IMG/VR virus record: IMGVR_UViG_3300045837_000026
Location: 1-51,013 of that record
Reading direction: 5' to 3' (one strand)
DNA: 51,013 nucleotides
Origin: a virus
Taxonomy: Duplodnaviria; Caudoviricetes
Part shown: in pieces, positions 46,337 to 51,013 of the stretch
Layout of the letters: every line of letters starts with the position of its first letter
Position numbering within the stretch: the first letter of the stretch is position 1
Translations under genes and position numbers: made by a program
The notes under the pieces: model-generated
Seen by the model: only the letters and a program-made list of their open reading frames with translations
Databases searched by the model: none
Told to the model about the DNA's origin: nothing

Positions 46337-47809
46337 ATGGGCGGCAAGACGTTAGACGAATTCAGGCGGTTGCATGACCCGATGTTCGGTATTCATGCGC
46401 CGACGCATGTTTACTCGCGCGAACTGCCGCCCTTCAGTAAAGCGATTGTCGTAGCGGCACAGAATGCCACACCCGTACACGCGGACTTTTGGGCCTGCCT
46501 GCTGACCGCAGCCAAGCGGCTCAAGGCCGAATTGTTCGTGATCCCGACGCGATACAAAAACCCAACGTCGCATTGGTCAGGCTCGCAGAAAAATGCCGAG
46601 TATTACGACCCGGCCGTGGTCCCGTACCTGTGGAATCAGCGGTTGAACCTCAACGCCAATCTGACATTGTTGGCTGACGTTCCGACACAGCCCACGGCCG
46701 CACAGCCGCTCGCTAGCCTTGACGGTATGAGCCATGCATCAAGCGGCATCGTCGGACACATGAAACTTCAGTACAAGACCGTGCCTACGCCCGGTAGCCG
46801 CATGGCGAAAATTCTGACTACAACGGGCGGTTGCACCGTTTCTAACTATACAGAAAGTCGTAACGGCAAGATTGGCGAGTTTCACCATTCGTTGTCGGCC
46901 GTACTCGTGGAACTCGACGGCGAGCGGTTCCACATGCGCCAACTTCATTTCAGCAAGCAACATGCAGCCGTGACCGATGGCGCCAAAGGCGTCGTGTACA
47001 AGGCGAACGGCAGGACGTGCAAAGCGCCCCGCCCTCTCGCGTTGGGCATGGGCGATACACATGTTGACGTTATCGACCCGGCTGTCGAGCGCGCGACATT
47101 CGCCGACGGGGGAATTATCGATACATTGCGCCCGGAGTATGTTGTTTACGCTGACCTACTCGATTGTCATGCTGTCAACCCGCACGACCTGAACGACCCT
47201 TTCATACAGGCGGCGAAGTACGATGCCGGCCGGAACGACATACGGGCCGAGGTCAACCGGGCTATTGAGTTCGTGCGTACTCGCACGTTTAGGGGCGTGA
47301 CCAACGTAATCCAGGCGGCGAATCACAACGACATGTTGCGCCGCTGGGTGTTACGTGACTTCAATTGGCGTCTGGACCATGTAAATTCAGACTTTGGCCT
47401 TGAGACTGCTTTACACATGCGCCGCAACGTTCGCATGGCGCCGACGGGGCCGGAGTACCCCGATCCGTTCAAATACTGGTTCGACAACGCGAAGGTACCG
47501 CAAGCCCGCGTGTTGGACCTTGACGAGTCGTTTATGCTCGCCAACGTGGAATTGGGGATGCACGGCGACATTGGTCCGAACGGATCGCGCGGGAGCCGCA
47601 AAAACCTCGCGCGCATCGGTACGAAGTCAATCATTTTCCACAGTCATAGCCCCGGAATCGAGGAAGGTTGCTATCAGGCGGGCACATCAACGTTGCTGCG
47701 GCTCGCTTATGTCAAAGGCCCGTCGTCGTGGCTCAACACTCATGTACTATTGCAACACGACGGCAAACGGCAGTTAATCAACATCATTGACGGAGTTTGG
47801 CACGCATGA
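46337..47809 (+). CDS. Calcineurin-like metallophosphoesterase family protein (490 aa)
   Basis: GDTH, ADLLD, ANHND, MHGD and HSHSP metal-binding motifs in the C-terminal half. Confidence 0.75.
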   Translation: MGGKTLDEFRRLHDPMFGIHAPTHVYSRELPPFSKAIVVAAQNATPVHADFWACLLTAAKRLKAELFVIPTRYKNPTSHWSGSQKNAEYYDPAVVPYLWNQRLNLNANLTLLADVPTQPTAAQPLASLDGMSHASSGIVGHMKLQYKTVPTPGSRMAKILTTTGGCTVSNYTESRNGKIGEFHHSLSAVLVELDGERFHMRQLHFSKQHAAVTDGAKGVVYKANGRTCKAPRPLALGMGDTHVDVIDPAVERATFADGGIIDTLRPEYVVYADLLDCHAVNPHDLNDPFIQAAKYDAGRNDIRAEVNRAIEFVRTRTFRGVTNVIQAANHNDMLRRWVLRDFNWRLDHVNSDFGLETALHMRRNVRMAPTGPEYPDPFKYWFDNAKVPQARVLDLDESFMLANVELGMHGDIGPNGSRGSRKNLARIGTKSIIFHSHSPGIEEGCYQAGTSTLLRLAYVKGPSSWLNTHVLLQHDGKRQLINIIDGVWHA

Positions 47810-48318
47810 CCGCACCGATTGATGACGGCAACGAGAGCATTCTGCAAGAGGCGCACCGATTGACCCACGGCAATCGCAATGCCGACTACGGGCATCCGCT
47901 CGACGACTACACGCGCACGGCGGCATTAGTGTCCGCCCTGTTCGCCCACAAGCTCACGGAGCCGCTCACGGCCGATGAAATGGCGTTGGCCATGGTGTGC
48001 GTGAAACTCTCGCGGCAAGCGCACAAGCCGAAACGTGACAATATGGTAGATGCGGCCGGTTATTGTTGGGTCGCTCATGCCTGTCTCGAAGAAGCGGCCC
48101 GACGTATGGCCGTGGCTGGTGAACCCGTCGCCTATACGCCCGCAGTTCTTCCGCCGCCAACTCCGGCGCCGATGGCTGTCGAACCCTGCCGAGACTGCAC
48201 CCCGGAGCGTGCGTGTAGAGTTCACCGAGCCGCATCGGGCGGAACGACACATGTATGCAAGGGCGGCAAGCCAGCCCCCGGTTACTCCGTTGAGTGCCCT
48301 ACCTGCCAAATCCGGTAA
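47806..48318 (+). CDS. DUF6378-like protein with Cys-rich tail
   Basis: IL.EA..L..G.R..DYG.P, M...KLSR and RDN.VD.AGY motifs. Confidence 0.75.
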   Translation: MTAPIDDGNESILQEAHRLTHGNRNADYGHPLDDYTRTAALVSALFAHKLTEPLTADEMALAMVCVKLSRQAHKPKRDNMVDAAGYCWVAHACLEEAARRMAVAGEPVAYTPAVLPPPTPAPMAVEPCRDCTPERACRVHRAASGGTTHVCKGGKPAPGYSVECPTCQIR

Positions 48319-48356
48319 TTTGCCATAACCTCGGCGCATGCTTTACCATATGAGGC

Positions 48357-49601
48357 ATGCGCCGAACTCTTGCCCGTGAAATTCTCGCGTTCGACAAGCT
48401 GTCGATGCGCTCCTACGACGTGGACGGGCGGTTGCACGTTGCTTCGTGCAACATCAGCAAGGCGACCGTAAACCCCTACCGGGGCCGGGAAATTCCCGGT
48501 CATGAACAGCTCGGACTCGACCCCGATCGTGTGTACCAGCTCTACCGGGACCCCGACGAACTCGCGCGCGCCGCGCCGACATTCACGAACCTGCAATTGT
48601 TGATGACCCACACGGCCGTCAACGCCGACGACCCAAAGTTACAAATAACCGTGGGAACTATCGGGAGTGACACCCGTTTCGAGTACCCCTATTTGAAGGC
48701 TTCCGTGGCCGTGTGGACGGCCGAGGCAATCAAGCTCATTGAGTCAAAAGCGCAGGCGCAGCTTTCTAGCTCGTATCGGTACACTGCCGATATGACTCCG
48801 GGCGTGACACCGCAGGGGGTTGCATATGACGGAGTAATGCGACATATTATAGGTAACCATGTTGCATTGGTTGAGGAAGGCCGAGCCGGCCCCGATGTCT
48901 GCGTATCCGATTCCCTACCATTGGAATTCCGAACCATGAAGTTTCCCAAGTTGCTTGCGCTGCTGAAACCTTATCTGAAGGCGAACAGCGACGCTGATTT
49001 GCTCGCCCTCGATTCCAAGCTCGAAGAGGCGATGGACGAGCGCGACGAGGAAGAGGAAAGCGCCGAAGACGAAGCGGAGCTGGAGCGCGAGACAAATGGC
49101 CGCCCGGACCCGGAGCATACGAACCGGAAGGCTAAGGACAAGAAGCGCGCGAAGGACAAGAAGCACGCCAAGGATGCGGGCTCTCTCGGCGCGAATCCCC
49201 ACGGTGCGGACGAAGCGCCCGAGTCGCCGGAAGGCGGCGCGCGCAAGCCGTCTGGCGCCAATGACTCGGCGGAGTTCATCACGAAGGCTGATGCCGACAA
49301 GATGGCGACCGATGCCGCCGACGCTGCGGTCAAGCGCGTGAACGCGCTGCACAAGGCGCGCAAGGATGTCGAGCCGCTGGTGGGCATCGTCGCATTCGAC
49401 AGCGCGGAGCAGGTGTACGAGTTCGCCCTCAAGCAGTGCGGCGTTGCGCTCGAAGGCGTGCCCGCAACTGCGTACGGCGCGCTCGTGGCGGCCGAACTGC
49501 GCGGCCGGTCCCGTGCCACCCCGGCGCCTCGGCTCGCCTCGGATGCAGCGCCGGGCGTCATGGCGGCGATTCCTGGCCTTGACCGCTTCGGGTTGATGTA
49601 A
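48357..49601 (+). CDS. Prohead protease/scaffold (DUF2213-type)
   Basis: NISKA.VNPY.G.EIP, LSSSYRY, YDGVMR.I.GNHVALV..GRAG motifs; charged scaffold-like C-terminus with A.D repeats. Confidence 0.9.
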   Translation: MRRTLAREILAFDKLSMRSYDVDGRLHVASCNISKATVNPYRGREIPGHEQLGLDPDRVYQLYRDPDELARAAPTFTNLQLLMTHTAVNADDPKLQITVGTIGSDTRFEYPYLKASVAVWTAEAIKLIESKAQAQLSSSYRYTADMTPGVTPQGVAYDGVMRHIIGNHVALVEEGRAGPDVCVSDSLPLEFRTMKFPKLLALLKPYLKANSDADLLALDSKLEEAMDERDEEEESAEDEAELERETNGRPDPEHTNRKAKDKKRAKDKKHAKDAGSLGANPHGADEAPESPEGGARKPSGANDSAEFITKADADKMATDAADAAVKRVNALHKARKDVEPLVGIVAFDSAEQVYEFALKQCGVALEGVPATAYGALVAAELRGRSRATPAPRLASDAAPGVMAAIPGLDRFGLM

Positions 49602-49612
49602 CCCGCAGTGTG

Positions 49613-49645
49613 CTGACGATACCGTCAAACTGACAAGAGCGTCAA
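49613..49645. promoter_or_regulatory. Tandem palindromic boxes abutting the start of decoration gene 1
   Basis: CTGACGATACCGTCAA at 49613-49628 and CTGACAAGAGCGTCAA at 49630-49645. Confidence 0.55.
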
Positions 49646-50638
49646 ATGGGCTTTCAGCAATTCGTCAATTTGCAGCCGGTGCCGGGCGTTTCGGGCGACT
49701 TCGCGGGCTCCAACCCGCGCATGTCCGCCAGTGCCCCGGTCGGCGGGTACGTGGCGGCCCCTAACGTCACGGTCAACGGCGTGGCCGTCCCGGCGTTCGT
49801 CGTTGGCCGCTTCGCGTGGGGTGTGCCGAACAACGGTGACCCGACTCTCGGGCCGGCGCAGGCGGCGAACTACTACCAGCCCAAAGCGGTGCTTGGGTTC
49901 GTCCATCGCGAGAATCAAGCGATTATCACGGCGTTCCTGGGCGACGATGTGTTGGCCGTGCCGGCCGGCTACCAAGTCGGCATGATGTCGCGCGGCGACT
50001 TCTGGTGTGACTTTAGCGCTTCCAAATTCGGCATGGGGCCGGGCGCAACCGTCGGACAGAAAGTCTACGCCGATCCGTTAACCGGTCAGGCGTATGCGGC
50101 GGCGGCCGGCGCCGGCGTATCGATTGCCATTACTGCATCGCTCGCGTCCACTGGTGTGCTCACCGTGACCGCTACGGCCGGCACGCTCGCGGCCGGTCAG
50201 GTCATTACCGGTGCGGGTGTTCCGGCCGGTTCGTACATCCAATCGCAGCTCACCGGTACAGCGGGCTCGACGGGCACATACCAGCTCAACAATGGCGCGA
50301 CCGTCGCGTCGGAGTCGATGACTGCGACCGGGCCAATCGAAACCCCGTGGTACGTGACGCAGGCGACGCCCGCCCCGGCCGCCTTTACGGGCGCCGTCGC
50401 AGCGAATACCGGCGTGCTCACCGTTTCGGCGGTCGCCTCCGGCGCGCTAGCGGTGGGCCAGCGCGTCAGCGGAACCGGGCTCGACCCGCATACAGCAGTC
50501 ATTACGCGCCAGCTCACCGGTACGGCGGGCTCGACGGGCACGTATCAGCTCTCCTACTTCGGGGCGGCCGTCGCGTCGGAATCGATGACGGCGAGCGCGG
50601 GCATGGTCGGCAAAATCTCGACTTGGCAGGCGGCGTAA
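49646..50638 (+). CDS. Capsid decoration/cement protein paralog 1 with two inserted modules
   Basis: MGFQ..VN.QP.PG..GDFA..NPR, GRFAW, GFVHRENQA, GDFW, GQKVYAD and KISTW motifs. Confidence 0.85.
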   Translation: MGFQQFVNLQPVPGVSGDFAGSNPRMSASAPVGGYVAAPNVTVNGVAVPAFVVGRFAWGVPNNGDPTLGPAQAANYYQPKAVLGFVHRENQAIITAFLGDDVLAVPAGYQVGMMSRGDFWCDFSASKFGMGPGATVGQKVYADPLTGQAYAAAAGAGVSIAITASLASTGVLTVTATAGTLAAGQVITGAGVPAGSYIQSQLTGTAGSTGTYQLNNGATVASESMTATGPIETPWYVTQATPAPAAFTGAVAANTGVLTVSAVASGALAVGQRVSGTGLDPHTAVITRQLTGTAGSTGTYQLSYFGAAVASESMTASAGMVGKISTWQAA

Positions 50639-50641
50639 CCC

Positions 50642-51013
50642 ATGAGTTTCCAGACGAAAATCAACATCGTTCCCGGCCCTGCGGAACCCGGCGATTTCAT
50701 TGGCGTGAACCCGCGCGCTGTCGTGCTGGCCGGTCCGGGCCAGTACGTGGCCGACCCGGCCAACGGCCTGATTGTGGGCAACTTCGCTTGGGCCGACCCG
50801 GCGAGCGTGAACACGAGTCAGGCGAGCCAATCCGGTTGGCAGATTGGTTTTGTCCACCGTGAAAACAATGCCATCATCACGCAGTTCCTTGCGGAATATG
50901 CGTACCTGATTCCGGGCGGATATCCGGTGACGTTGTTCTCTCAGGGCGATTTCTGGGCCAAGTTCCTGAGCGGTGCAGTGCCCGGTCAGTCCGTGTATGC
51001 GGACAGCGTGACC
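50642..51013 (+). CDS. Capsid decoration paralog 2, 5' part (continues at 234-548)
   Basis: MSFQTKINIVPGPAEPGDFIGVNPR...GNFAW; open to the window end. Confidence 0.85.
   Translation, partial: MSFQTKINIVPGPAEPGDFIGVNPRAVVLAGPGQYVADPANGLIVGNFAWADPASVNTSQASQSGWQIGFVHRENNAIITQFLAEYAYLIPGGYPVTLFSQGDFWAKFLSGAVPGQSVYADSVT
50781..51013. repeat. Terminal direct repeat, right copy
   Basis: Matches 1-233 with one mismatch. Confidence 0.97.

Overview
The window is an apparently complete, circularly permuted genome of a contractile-tailed (myovirus) dsDNA phage. Bases 1-233 repeat at 50781-51013, giving a unit length of about 50,780 bp. Gene content and order resemble Bcep781/Bcep1/OP2-type proteobacterial myophages. 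The + strand carries terS, terL, portal, a Mu gpF-like head protein, a DUF2213 protease/scaffold, capsid decoration paralogs, a DUF2184 major capsid protein, neck, sheath, tube, frameshifted chaperones, tape measure, baseplate, fibres and a GH108 lysis block. The replication module contains a family A-type DNA polymerase, an SSB, a DUF2800 nuclease, an SF2 helicase, a VRR-NUC nuclease, a TetR-like regulator and a split primase-polymerase/helicase. Small leftward genes fill the accessory regions. No integrase, tRNA, CRISPR array or reverse transcriptase was seen. The most unusual features are: a tail-fibre-like protein with a Sec-type signal peptide beside two adaptor-like fibre paralogs; tandem PASTA domains fused to a baseplate wedge protein; four capsid decoration paralogs carrying 2, 1, 0 and 0 copies of an inserted module; an 11-copy TTGACG-N4-CGTCAA palindrome whose arm doubles as the -35 box, paired with phased CRP-like boxes; a holin-like/lipoprotein fusion; and a metallophosphoesterase/DUF6378 cluster inside the head operon. 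All family names come from recalled motif resemblance and gene position, not from database searches.
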